The position numbers and the translations under genes are program-made. From Macrostomum lignano (lineage: Eukaryota), in the NCBI GenBank assembly GCA_002269645.1, contig NIVC01000672.1:186001-250000 (forward strand): 64,000 bases of DNA, in the 5' to 3' direction. Positions 40,801-57,700 of the stretch are shown here, piece after piece; position 1 is the first letter of the stretch, and each line of letters begins with the position of its first letter. The notes under the pieces are model-generated. The model was not told the origin of the DNA. It searched no databases and saw only the letters and a program-made list of their open reading frames with translations.

Positions 40801-43402
40801 GGGACTATAATCATGAAAATAATGTTTTTTAAAGTATTTTTTATGCAAATTTCTAATAGATTATATACTATATCATATATATGAATGCACTTACCAATTT
40901 CCTTGGTATGCTGCCTTATACTATATGCACTATTGTCAACACTATTATACATACATGCACGACCTCAAAATTTCACCTATCCAGTGTGACTTAGTTTTGT
41001 CCAGATTTGCAACTTAGTTCCTCTTGATTGTGACTTGATTGTGTTGGGTATGTATGCTACTATACCACCTAGATTCTCTACTTCTAAGGTTCAGGGCAAA
41101 AAAGTTATTGTATGCATGCAATATACTCAGGACTGTGGCAAGGGAAAGAGATTTAAGCATAGATAATAGGCATGATAGGCAGGGATACCCTATGGAAAAA
41201 ATATTCTTATGGTTGTATAGGCAAAGTGATTTGAAAAAACATACCTGTTTTAACTATGAAAATTCTACCTATGGCCAAGCACAATTATATTGCGTACACT
41301 AGATGAGTAATATTGTTATATGCACATGGAATTATTAATACTTAGTAAATTAGTATTAGTTCAATGTAGTAAATAATATATTAATATCTTATAGCACTAT
41401 GACAATTTCATGTACTGCTTTAATCTGCACAATTTATATTGGTGCTAACATTTGCCATTATTTTAATTATGGAATATTTAATTCCTATATAGTTATTCTG
41501 TGCCAATAATCCTGCTGGGCTAAACATATCCTTCTGCTACTTAACACATCCTTCTGCTACTTAACACATCCTTCAACTACTTAACACATCCTTCAACTAC
41601 TTAACACATCCTTCTGCTACTTAACACACTCTTCTAAGATCACATCGCTGCGATTGTAAAAGTGCAACTGCTTGCATTGGCATCAATCTTATCCGCCTGA
41701 CAGATCGCAGCGCCATCCCGCGATTCAACGAGCCCTCGGGTGGAGAGGCTGGCGCCCAGGATCGGCCCCGCGGCTTCGGGCGCGGCGGCGGCGGCGGCGG
41801 TCGCGGCGGCTTCGGTGGCTCCCGGCCGTCCACTGGCGACGCTGGCGGCGAGGCTGGCGAAGGCGGCCGTGGCGGCTTCGGTGGCCGGGGCCGCGGGCGC
41901 GGCGGCGAGGGTCGCGGCGGCTTTGGCGGCGGCGAGGGTCGCAGCGGCTTTGGCGGCGGCGAAGGTCGCGGTCGCGGACGTGGCGGCTTCGGCGAAGGTC
42001 GCGGCGGTTTTGGACGCGGCCGCGGCGGCGGCTTTAGCGGACCGCGCGGCGAATCCGCTGGCGGCGAGGAGGGCGGCGCCGGCGAGGATCGCCCGCAAGG
42101 CGGCGGCTTTGGTGGTCGCGGTCGCGGCCGCGGTGGCTTTGGCGGCTTTGCTGCCAACCGGGAGGCGCCCGCCGACGCCGGCAGCGCCGCCGAGGTGACC
42201 GGCGACGAGGAGACCGGAGCTCCGGCTGTCGGCGAGGACGGCAGGCCGCGCGGCCGCGGACGCGGCGGCTTCGGTCGCGGTGGACGCGGCGGTCGCGGCG
42301 GCTTCGGCGGCGCCGGCGGAGCCCAGCGCGGCCGCGGTCGCGAATACGAGCGGCACTCGGGCTCGGCCACCACCGGCGTGAAACCCGTCGATAAGCGCGA
42401 GGGCGCCGGCGCTCACAACTGGGGCACCGTCAAGGACGACCTCGAGTGAGTCCGCAGGCGTTCGGTCCTCTTTGAAAGCAGAGAGACGCGTATAAGATAA
42501 AACACGTTAAATTGGATACATTTTTAGAGGCTTTAATAAAGCAGGGGTCGGCAAACTCCGGCCCGCAAGCCTCTCTATCTGGCCTGTTCGCATCTTCGGA
42601 TTGCGCCTTCGCATCTCTCCTCTCATCGTCGTCTCTCACTTTTAACTTCTTCTCTCGGCTTTCAAACCCTCTATCCTCTTCTCTCCCCGTCTGGACCGCA
42701 GCAATGCAGTTCCCCTCTAGTGAAAGCTGCAAGAAAAGTAGACAAGTTTTGAGCCTATGGCAGTGACTCTACTGTTAGTAGTATGCGATTGCAGTTGAGC
42801 TTTGCACTATTATTATATTATTATATTTGCACTGTAAATTCCACCACAGGGAGCAGCTGCAGGACGGAGCCGCCCCAGCCGAGCCGGCCGTGAAGGAGGA
42901 CTGGGCCGAGGCCGTGGACCAGGAGGCCGCTGGCGAGGACCAGCCGGCGCCCAAGGCCATGATGACGCTGGAGGAGTGGCGCCGCCAGCAGGCCGAGGAC
43001 CGCTCGAAGCTGCAGGCCAACGCTGGCAAAGCCGGCCGCAAGGTGGACACCTCCGGCTTCAAGGAGATGACCGCCTACAGGAAGCAGCGCATCGCCGACG
43101 AGGAGTCCGATGACGAGGAGGAGGCCGAGGCCACGGCCGCCCAGCTCATCGTGAAGAAGCCGGAGGTTGAGACCAACTTCTACGTGAACGTCAACAACCC
43201 GCAGGCCAATTTCGACGAGGGCCGTCGTCGCGGCGGCGGTCGCGGTGGTCGCGGCGGTCGCGGCGGCCGCGGCGGGCGCGGAGGCGAAAGCGGCGCCGGC
43301 GCCAGCGGTGCTCGCGCGTCGGGACCGCCGCAGTCGGCCGCCGGCGCCAGGGCGGCGAACATCCGCGTCGACGACGCGGCCGAGTTCCCGGCGCTGAAGT
43401 GA
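34801..43402 (+). CDS. SERBP1: SERBP1/HABP4/Vig family RNA- and ribosome-binding protein (514 aa, 3 exons)
   Basis: Exons 34801-35050, 41704-42445, 42850-43402 (phases 1, 2; GT-AG). Family motifs: [47 protein letters not shown]-terminal DDAAEFPAL. Confidence 0.93.
36055..36782. mobile_element. Non-autonomous hAT element in SERBP1 intron 1
   Basis: Perfect 18-bp TIR TAGTGATGGATCAAAATT / AATTTTGATCCATCACTA; 8-bp TSD gtagaaag / atagaaag (7/8); subterminal TTTCAATTT motifs; no transposase ORF. Confidence 0.8.
38878..40056 (-). mobile_element. Internally deleted mariner-family transposon with ~385-bp inverted repeats
   Basis: TA|CAAGGGGTGTCCCAAAAGT ... ACTTTTGGGACACCCCTCG|TA; arms ~38878-39263 and ~39671-40056. 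The minus-strand spacer encodes broken transposase: [21 protein letters not shown] (HTH), [23 protein letters not shown] (39398-39415). Confidence 0.88.
41525..41635 (+). repeat. 20-bp ttaacacatccttc(tg/aa)ctac array, ~6 copies
   Basis: Directly visible near the SERBP1 exon 2 acceptor. Confidence 0.85.
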
Positions 43403-43894
43403 GCGGCCGGGCGGGCCTCCGCAACTGACGGGCGTCTGTGGCCCGGGCGTCCCACCCGGATACTGACCTAAACAGCGCTCTGCGGAGTGTCCGGCGTGTT
43501 TTTGTGCTCGTTTTCTCTTATTTTCTAGCCGCTCCCCGCGCTTTTTCTGTCTCCGATGACCCGCGCTCCGTCTGTGCGCTCATTCGCTCCCCGCTGCCCC
43601 CCCCCGTTATTTAGTTATATTTTGCCCCATTCTCAACCATTTTGGCTTCAAATTTTTTCTGTGCCTGCATCGGTCAGTTTGCGTGCCGGAGGCTGGGCCT
43701 GGCCTTGCGTGACTGAGGCTCTAGTGGCGGAACTTGCATCGAGTATGCCGGCTTCCTGGCTCCGGCTTGCCCGCATTCTCCTCTTAATTTTGTGCGCGTT
43801 TCAGCTTTTTTTAACTTCTACGGTTTCTCCCAGATTTATCTGAAATCCCAGCTGCAGGGTGGCAGATCCCGTGGCACTTATAAAGGTAGCCTAG

Positions 43895-44805
43895 AGCTCA
43901 TTAATAAATATAAGTCAGCCAGCTCATTAATAAATGAGTCAGCCAGCTTAATAATAAATATGAGTCAGCCAGCTCATTGATAAATATGAGTCAGCCAGCT
44001 CATTATTAAATGAGTCAGCCAGCTCATTAATAAGTATGAGTCAGCCAGCTCATAGATAAATATGAGTCAGCCAGCTCATAGATAAATATGAGTCAGCCAG
44101 CTCATTGATAAATATGAGTCAGCCAGCTCATTAATAAATATGAGTCAGCCAGCTCATTATTAAGTATGAGTCAGCCAGCTCATTGATAAATATGAGTCAG
44201 CCAGCTCATTGATAAATACGAGTATGAGTCAGCCAGCTCATTGATAAATATGAGTCAGCCAGCTCATTGATAAATATGAGTCAGCCAGCTCATTGATAAA
44301 TACGAGTATGAGTCAGCCAGCTCATTGATAAATATGAGTCAGCCAGCTCATTAATAAATATGAGTCAGCCAGCCCATTGATAAATATGAGTCAGCCAGCT
44401 CATTAATAAGTATGAGTCAGCCAGCTCATTAATAAATATGAGTCAGCCAGCTCATTGATAAATATGAGTCAGCCAGCTCATTGATAAATACGAGTATGAG
44501 TCAGCCAGCTCATTGATAAATATGAGTCAGCCAGCTCATTAATAAATATGAGTCAGCCAGCCCATTGATAAATATGAGTCAGCCAGCTCATTAATAAGTA
44601 TGAGTCAGCCAGCTCATTAATAAATATGAGTCAGCCAGCCCATTGATAAATATGAGTCAGCCAGCTCATTAATAAGTATGAGTCAGCCAGCTCATTAATA
44701 AATATGAGTCAGCCAGCTCATTGATAAATATGAGTCAGCCAGCTCATTAATAAATATGAGTCAGCCAGCTCATTAATAAATATGAGTCAGCCAGCTCATT
44801 AATTA
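43895..44805 (+). repeat. 26-bp minisatellite atgagtcagccagctcatt(a/g)ataaat, ~35 copies
   Basis: Period 26 (44412, 44438). Confidence 0.94.
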
Positions 44806-45913
44806 AGCTGTGATTAAATATTTGAACATCAGAGTGAAGGCGGTGCCCCCGGCGTGTCCAGGCCAGTCCACAAACAGGGTTTTGCTTGTAAGTTCAGCCA
44901 ACCAGTCCCCATTCGGCTATCTGAGTTGAAAAGTACATTTCTACATCTCAAGCACATTTATTTTCGGTTCGTTTTGGGGGTGGGTGCGACAGTTGCCTGT
45001 TTTGCTTTTTATACTATTTTATTATTTACGTAATTAACACCCATTCTTAACTGGCATTAGCGGGTCTTTTTAACGCAGTGTTGCTTGGTTTGCTGTTCTG
45101 TTTGCAACAAACTATTCGATAAAATGCCTGCTTATTAACATCTATGCCCGTTCCTTCCTTGAACTGATCATTTCCAGTTTTTATAACATTATAATATTAT
45201 AATTAGCTCGCGACTACAGCTTCCTGCGTTTGGATTTCTGCGCTGCCCCTTGGCCCCCTCCCCTAACCGATGTGTTCTTATTAATCATATGCGATTATTA
45301 ATTGCTTGATTCTGCCGCAAGTGCTTATCCGGCTTGATGCCCTGGCTGGCGAGATAGAGAACTGAAAGACAGACAGAATTGAGGAGTCAATGAGATAGAC
45401 CAGAGCAGGTGTTAGTGTGCGCTGTATTTTTCCGCAATTTTTGTCAGCTCTTGAACTTAACTGCACTGCCTGCAGTGAATTGTGAGAGATAAAAACCCAG
45501 GCTGTTTTGCCTGCTTCTTTCACTGGCTTCGCTTTTTTTACTATTGGATTGCGGGAAGACGTCTAATACCGGTTAAGTAATGACCTACCTACTCACTAGT
45601 CATCAATTTGAATTTAAATTCACCAAACTAAAAAAATTATTCCAACCGTCGGCTTATCATGCTATACTATATTTAAAAAACTTTACCATTTATTAAGTTA
45701 ATGTATACAAGTCAGTGACTGAAACAGTTTACGAGAGTGCGAAAAGCAAGTATACAAGTGTCCTTATAACGAGAATATATGTGCACTATGGTACATGGCT
45801 ATAATTCTAGCATAACGAGCTGAAGGAATTATTTAATCTCGTGTTGGAAGGATTGCATCCTACGTTAGTCGCTCTAGCAATGAAATGTGCATGTAGCGCT
45901 TTCTATATGTAAT

Positions 45914-46009
45914 TAGGTAGTATAATTCAGACAGCGCTTTCGTGTGCTAGTGTGAGTAATTTAGTACATGATAAACAAAGTAGAAGTGCTTTGTTTTAAT
46001 ACTTTACGA
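45914..46009 (+). repeat. Left copy of the 96-bp target-site duplication of the LINE
   Basis: Identical to 51392-51487 (taggtagtataattcag...aatactttacga). Confidence 0.92.
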
Positions 46010-46420
46010 GGGGGCAAACGGCAACTTAAACCGAGGGACTCTGTGACATCCGCCAGCTTTTCGTTTTTCGAGGAGGCTCTTCCCCCTCCTTTTCGTTCTG
46101 GCCTGGCGTGGAAGCGGCTAGCTTCCTCGTCTTGGTCTGCTGGTGGGGGACGGATCCCCCCTGCTGCTTTTTTGCGGGGCAGGTGGCTGCTAAGTAGTTG
46201 GCTGCTGGCTAAGCGCCAACTACCCATCGACAGCCCTTAGTTGCAACTGGTACCACACGGGTTCTCGAGGGCCGCTCTTGTGGGGGAGGGCTCGGGCGTC
46301 GGCTGTCAACTCGACCTGGCGCCTGTGTCCCAAGCCCGCAGCCGGCCTCCCGCCCCCTGATCTTGCAGAGTGTGGACCGGGGGCCTGCCGGAGCCTCGCC
46401 TGGGAGCAATCCTGGGATAA

Positions 46421-51298
<4,878 letters not shown>

Positions 51299-51391
51299 TC
51301 CTTGTGCTCTTTTACCTTGGGGTTGCGATAGGGGCCTCGCGGCCTATTCGCGGCGCCTGCGCCCCCCGTCAGTAGTAAGTAAGTAAGTAAG

Positions 51392-51487
51392 TAGGTAGTA
51401 TAATTCAGACAGCGCTTTCGTGTGCTAGTGTGAGTAATTTAGTACATGATAAACAAAGTAGAAGTGCTTTGTTTTAATACTTTACGA
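51392..51487 (+). repeat. Right copy of the 96-bp target-site duplication
   Basis: Identical to 45914-46009 and directly follows the (TAAG)n tail. Confidence 0.92.
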
Positions 51488-52347
51488 TTTCAAAATGCAA
51501 GCTTTCGTAGAATTGCGCAATGGCTAATTTAGTAGACTGTACATTTAAACAACAAGCAAAGCATCCAAGATGTAATATTAATACATACTTTTTGGAAGCA
51601 GTTCCATTTATCCTGAATTTGATTTGTTTTTATTTAATTTAGTATTTCAAGTAAAGCTATGTATAATAAGGAATATTTTAGCCTTTTAAGTTTTTTCTTA
51701 ATTTTATGAAAATATGTTAATATTTATGTTAAAATGTACTGCTCTCCAAAATTTGTGTATTTTTGTGTGCCAAAATTCGTACATTAAAAATTGGCATAAT
51801 TTGTATGCTGAAATATGTATGCCAACTTTGAAGAAGGTCATTTGTATGCTAGGATTTTTTGATAGTCAATGCATTGCTATGCCAGAGGAAAAACTAGGTT
51901 AGCTTAGTGGTACTATTCTGTTCAATTTTTCTAGTGAAACATATAAGCTTAGGCCTAGTTTATTAACTTTTGCTTATTTGGAGCAAGCCATGATCATTAA
52001 ATTAGCAAATTACTTAGGGATTATTATCAATTTTTCACCAAAATGTGGGTGAAAAAAGGATCATAAATCAAAGCCAAAAAAATCCTATTGTAATAATTCC
52101 TTTTTATAAGCTTTGATATCTTCAGTGTTGGGCCCTGTTAATGAGTGTTAATCATGTGTAGATACTAGAATAATTAGATAGGCTACTCAGTACAATTGGG
52201 CCACAGTTTGGATTGTGTATTAGTATATGCCAGGTTTAATGCTAGAAAAAATGATAAGACCTTGTTTTTATGCCAGGTTTATATGCCAATACAAAAAATG
52301 GCATTTGACACACACAATGTATCTAGGGATATACGCCAGGATATATC

Positions 52348-52644
52348 TAGGGATTCCAAAATCCTGACAATTTATAATCCTGGGATTAAAAAATCCTAAA
52401 ATCCCAATGGTTTAAAATCCTGGGATCACTAATCCCGGAAAATCCTAACTGAGAGTAATCCCGGGATCCCGCTTTGAATCCCAAAACAATCCTGGAATTT
52501 AAGCCTTACAATCCCGGGATCGCAATCCCACACTGTTGTAATCCCAAGGATCATAAATCCTAAAATTTCAAGTCCCAAAAAATCCCAAGATTGAAATCCC
52601 ATGTTTTGAGGCTAAATCCCGGGATCCTAGGATTGGAATGCCTA
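52348..52644. mobile_element. hAT-type MITE (297 bp)
   Basis: TIR TAGGGATTCCAA / TTGGAATGCCTA (1 mismatch); perfect 8-bp TSD GATATATC (52340-47, 52645-52); repeated internal AATCCCGGGAT / AAATCC motifs. Confidence 0.82.
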
Positions 52645-54763
52645 GATATATCCTGATATATGCTGAAAAATGGTAAGACCCTTGTTGTATACTAGGATTA
52701 GGAAATCCTAGCATATATGTTGCCTTTCAAACTATTAAAACTTGACATGACTATGACTATGTTATGACACTGACATAACTAAAACATGATACTTCTTTTT
52801 TGACATGATGCTTTTTATACTTTATATGATAGGGCCTAAGCATTTGGGTATAAGCTATTTTCAGTTCAATAGTATGTTCAATCTCCCCCACTTGCCTACC
52901 TCAATTTTTATTCAATTATTGCCTTTTTTAGACTTCTAACATAAAGCTGCTAAAAATATATTTTTAGTGGACTGGCTAATATACATTATTGCTGAACCAA
53001 TTAGCAAGTTGCTGATACTTGCAAGCTTGGACTTCTAAACTTATCAAAGCCATTTCAGCCACCTTTTTTATACAATAAGCTTATATATGCTTTCTTTGCT
53101 ATTGCTATTGAACTAAAAGTAGAAAGCTGTTTTACTTAATATATATGCCTTAGTGGCCTATCTAGTTATTTTAGTATCTGTGGTTTTAATCCATTAAAGT
53201 TAGCATAGAAAATATAAAAATCTTGCAATTTTTCCAAAACAGATATCATAATGTACTGTTTTTGCTTTTCCATCTTTTTAGCAAAACACAGGGGTCATCT
53301 AAGCAATTTACAAGCTAAAAAAGTAATACATAATAATTGTAAAAAATGTAAGAATAATAGGGCCTACTACTAAAAGAAGTATATGCCATATTGTAAAAGA
53401 AGTAAAATTTATTTTGACACTAATTAACTTGAAAGCTAATTATTTATTAATAAAATACAAATCAGTATTTCAGTAGCATTGCAAGTGCAGGTGCAGAAAG
53501 TTACAAAAGATTGGGAAAGAAGTGAATCAAAGCAATTAATTTTTATGTACAAGAAGTTGTTACATTTGCGTGACCATCATCATAAGCTAAGAGAATTATT
53601 AGGCACTTAGATAATTTTGAATACATTTGTAATGTTGCAACTTCTTGTTAGACTTATATTTTTGTTCTTTCTTTGTGTCTTTGGTCATTGACATTGCCAT
53701 TGAAATTAACAATAATAGATGAATTTGTTATTAGCTCACAAAATTATTGATGCAAATTTGTTAATCCATTAGTGCAAAAAATCTTAAGGGCAGTCTGTTA
53801 GCATTAACAAAAATTCTTAACTTTTATCAACACTTATTAATGGATTAATGCTTATTAACAGACTGGTATCCAACACTATTTTTAGTTATATTTTTTAGAT
53901 ATATTTTTAGTAATCCCCCCCCCCTAGAAGACTTGACATCTTAGTAATTTTTCAATTCATCTTTTATGTTCAAATAATGTTTTTTTCATTTTTATTAGTC
54001 TTTTAATAGTAGGGATTTTCACTATGCATTAGGGGGTTTATTACCTGTCTGCAAAATGAGCAGCATTAATTTGCATAAGTAGATCAAAGCCAAGATTCAA
54101 ATTCAGCTCTAAATTAATGAGACTATATTTAGAATCCAGCCTAAGCTAATAGCACATAAGAGTGCTATGCTAGATTACTAAGCTTTAGTTCCACTTGTGT
54201 AATCAGTCAGTTTACATGTCAAATATTAACTTTTAATATTAAGCTATCAATCAAAATGTCCTAGCTTATAGTAAATAAAAGTGAAAGTAGATCCTAGTAC
54301 CTTTAGTCTATATTGCCACCAATGTTAGCAAACCTTATTATCTACTAATTTTGTTTGTAGGTCTAACATAGTATTATTAAGTTATATTGTTATTTATCAT
54401 GAAATCGACTAGTTAGAAATTTAATTGGTAAAATTTTATTAATAGAAGTAAATTAAGATTTCTTATTAGGAAATTATTTAAGACAGAAGATTGTAGAAAT
54501 GTCTAGAAATATAAATTTAATAGTCTAGACTTTTTAAAGTGAATATTTTTTCCACATAATTCTGTTTGTTTTATTCAACCAAGCTAATCCTGACAAAAGT
54601 TTGTATTTTTGTTTTAATTACTAAAAATCATTTTTTAACTGCTAGAAGATTCTAAAACAATGATTCTATTTCATTACTTTAATTCCATAATTTAATTGCT
54701 CCAATTTATGGCCAATTGTCAGGTAGAAATGGATTGAGTTATTAAACAGAATTTGTCAACAGA

Positions 54764-57700
54764 ATGGCAGAAACTCATACAATTCTGCTGCTATGCAAGG
54801 GCCTGATTCAAGTATCGCTGTTTTTTGGTATGTAGTTTTTACTTCATTTTTGGCATATTCAGATTCTGAAACACATTGTGTGGCAATTTGATTGTTTCAT
54901 TTCAGGCAGCCTAATTCGATACAATGTGTTCTCCTTTGTCTACCTGCTGTTCCTGCTGATCAGCCCCTTCGCTTCGTTTGATAATCGAGGTGAGTTCAGT
55001 CTGTGACCGGAGCTGGGGTAACTGGGCGGTGCCTCAGTTGAGTCCAGTCTGTGACCGGAGCTGGGGTAACTGGGCGGTGCCTCAGTTGAGTCCAGTCTGT
55101 GACCGGAGCTGGGGTAACTGGGCGGGGCCTCAGTTGAGTCCAGTCTGTGACCGGAGCTGGGGTAACTGGGCGGGGCCTCAGTTGAGTCCAGTCTGTGACC
55201 GGAGCTGGGGTAACTGGGCGGGGCCTCAGTTGAGTCCAGTCTGTGACCGGAGCTGGGTAACTGGGCGGGGCCTCAGTTGAGTCCAGTCTGTGACCGGAGC
55301 TGGGGTAACTGGGCGGGGCCTCAGTTGAGTCCAGTCTGTGACCGGAGCTGGGGTAACTGGGCGGGGCCTCAGTTGAGTCCAGTCTGTGACCGGAGCTGGG
55401 GTAACTGGGCGGGGCCTCAGTTGAGTCCAGTCTGTGACCGGAGCTGGGATAACTGGGCGGTGCCTCAGGTGAGTCCAGTCTGTGACCGGAGCTGGGGTAA
55501 CTCGGCGGTGCCCCACTTGAGTCCAGTCTGTGACCGGAGCTAGTCCAGCTTGTGACTGGTGTCGGGGTAACTGGGCGGTGCCTCGGTTGATTCCAACTCT
55601 TGACTGGGGTTGGGGTGCCCCAGTTGAGTCCAACTTGTGACTGGGGTCGGGGTGCCCCAGTTGAGTTCAGCTTGTGACTGGGGTTGGGGTGCCTCAGTTG
55701 AGTTCAGCTTGTGACTAGGGTGGGGTGCCCCAGTTGAGTCCAACTTGTGACTGGGGTTGGGGTGCCTCAGTTGAGTTCAGCTTGTGACTAGGGTGGGGTG
55801 CCCCAGTTGAGTCCAACTCTTGACTGGGGTGGGGTGCCCCAGTTGAGTCCAACTTGTGACTGGGGTTGGGGTGCCTCAGTTGAGTTCAGCTTGTGACTAG
55901 GGTGGGGTGCCCCAGTTGAGTCCAACTCTTGACTGGGGTGGGGTGCCCCAGTTGAGTCCAACTTGTGACTGGGGTTAGGGTGCCTCAGTTGAGTCCAACT
56001 CTTGACTGGGGCTGGGGTCGGGGTGCCCCAGTTGAGTTCAGCTTGTGACTGGGGTTGGGGTGCCTCAGTTGAGGCCCCACAGCCTGCAGGCGAGTCACTA
56101 TCGGCCGAAGCCAGCCAGTTGTCACGTGACCACCAGCAGAAACGAAGTGCGATTTCCAAAAGTACACCCTGTGTGAGCTCGTGTCTGCGCATGCATCAGT
56201 TTGCGTGTTCGGGGGCCAGTTGAATCGGCATGACTGCTGGCTTGCTTAACTGACTTGACTGCCTTGAAATCCCAGCATTGAGACCTCAATTGATCCCCGC
56301 GCTCCGCCCCGTGTCTGAACTTCCAGGCTGCTTCCTGGCCTACAACCTGGCTCTCATCGTGTGCAGCGCCTCCTTCAGCCTCTGCCACGTCGCTTTCCAG
56401 ATTGTGCTGGGCGCGCACCCGCCGTATGGCAGCATCCTTGCTGACTGTGAGACCCGGCACTGGGTTGTTGGGTAGATGTGGGTTTGAGATTGATAGATGT
56501 GGGTCTGGGATGGATAGATGTGGGTCTGGGATGGATAGATGTGGGTTTGGAATGAATAGATGTGGGTCTGGGATGGATAGATGTGGGTTTGGTATGGATA
56601 GATGTGGGTTTGAGATTGATAGATGTGGGTCTGGGATGGATAGATGTGGGTCTGGGATGGATGATGTGGGTCTGGGATGGATGATGTGGGTCTGGGATGG
56701 ATAGATGTGGGTTTGGGATGGATAGATGTAGATCTGAGATCTAAATATGAGAGTCTGAGATGGATAGATGTGGGTATGATATGGATTGATTTAATTCTGA
56801 GATGGATAGATGTGGGTCTGGGATGGATAGATGTGGGTTTGGAATGAATAGATGTGGGTCTGGGATGGATAGATGTGGGTTTGGTATGGATAGATGTGGG
56901 TTTGAGATTGATAGATGTGGGTCTGGGATGAATAGATGTGGGTCTGGGATGGATGATGTGGGTCTGGGATGGATGATGTGGGTCTGGGATGTATAGATGT
57001 GGGTTTGAGATGGATAGATGTGGGTTTGAGATGGATAGATGTGGGTTTGGAATGGATAGATGTGGGTTTGGAATGGATAGATGTGGGTTTGGGATGCATA
57101 GATGAGTCCGGGCCAGATTTAAGTTGGAAGCGCGCAGGCGGGCGGGCCAGACTCAGGCCAGCGGTCACTCCCCCCCCCCACCGCAGGCGAGGCGGACCTG
57201 CTGTGGCGGCAGGTGGGGCTGCAGCCTCTGCACCGGACGGAGTTCTACCACATCGCCAGGCTGCTGTGCCCGGAGCCGCTCACCCTGCTGCTGTCAGCCG
57301 GCATGTTCGGCGCCATCTGGCGTCACCGGGCCGAGTTCTTCCCGGCCGCCGTTGGCGACGCCTGCCCGGACTGCGGCGTCCTGGACGGCTACAGGCGGAA
57401 CCTGCGGCGAATGGGCGACTGGCTGATGTTCGTGCTGTTCCTGGCGCTCATGTGCACAGCCGCGATCTGCCTGCCCTGCCTCTTGTCCAGCGTCTACCTG
57501 CTGTCCTTCCTGCTGGCGGCGCTGCTCTGGACTGCCGGCCGGCTGCACTTTCGCCGGCGCGGCCTCCGCTGGCAGCGTCGCTGGCTGGCGCTGTACACGG
57601 CTTGCCACCTGGCCAGCATCTTCCTGTACCAGTTCCCGGCGTCACAGAAATTCGAGGGGCTGCGGGCCAATTCCACGACTGCCAGGTGCGCCAGCGCCTT

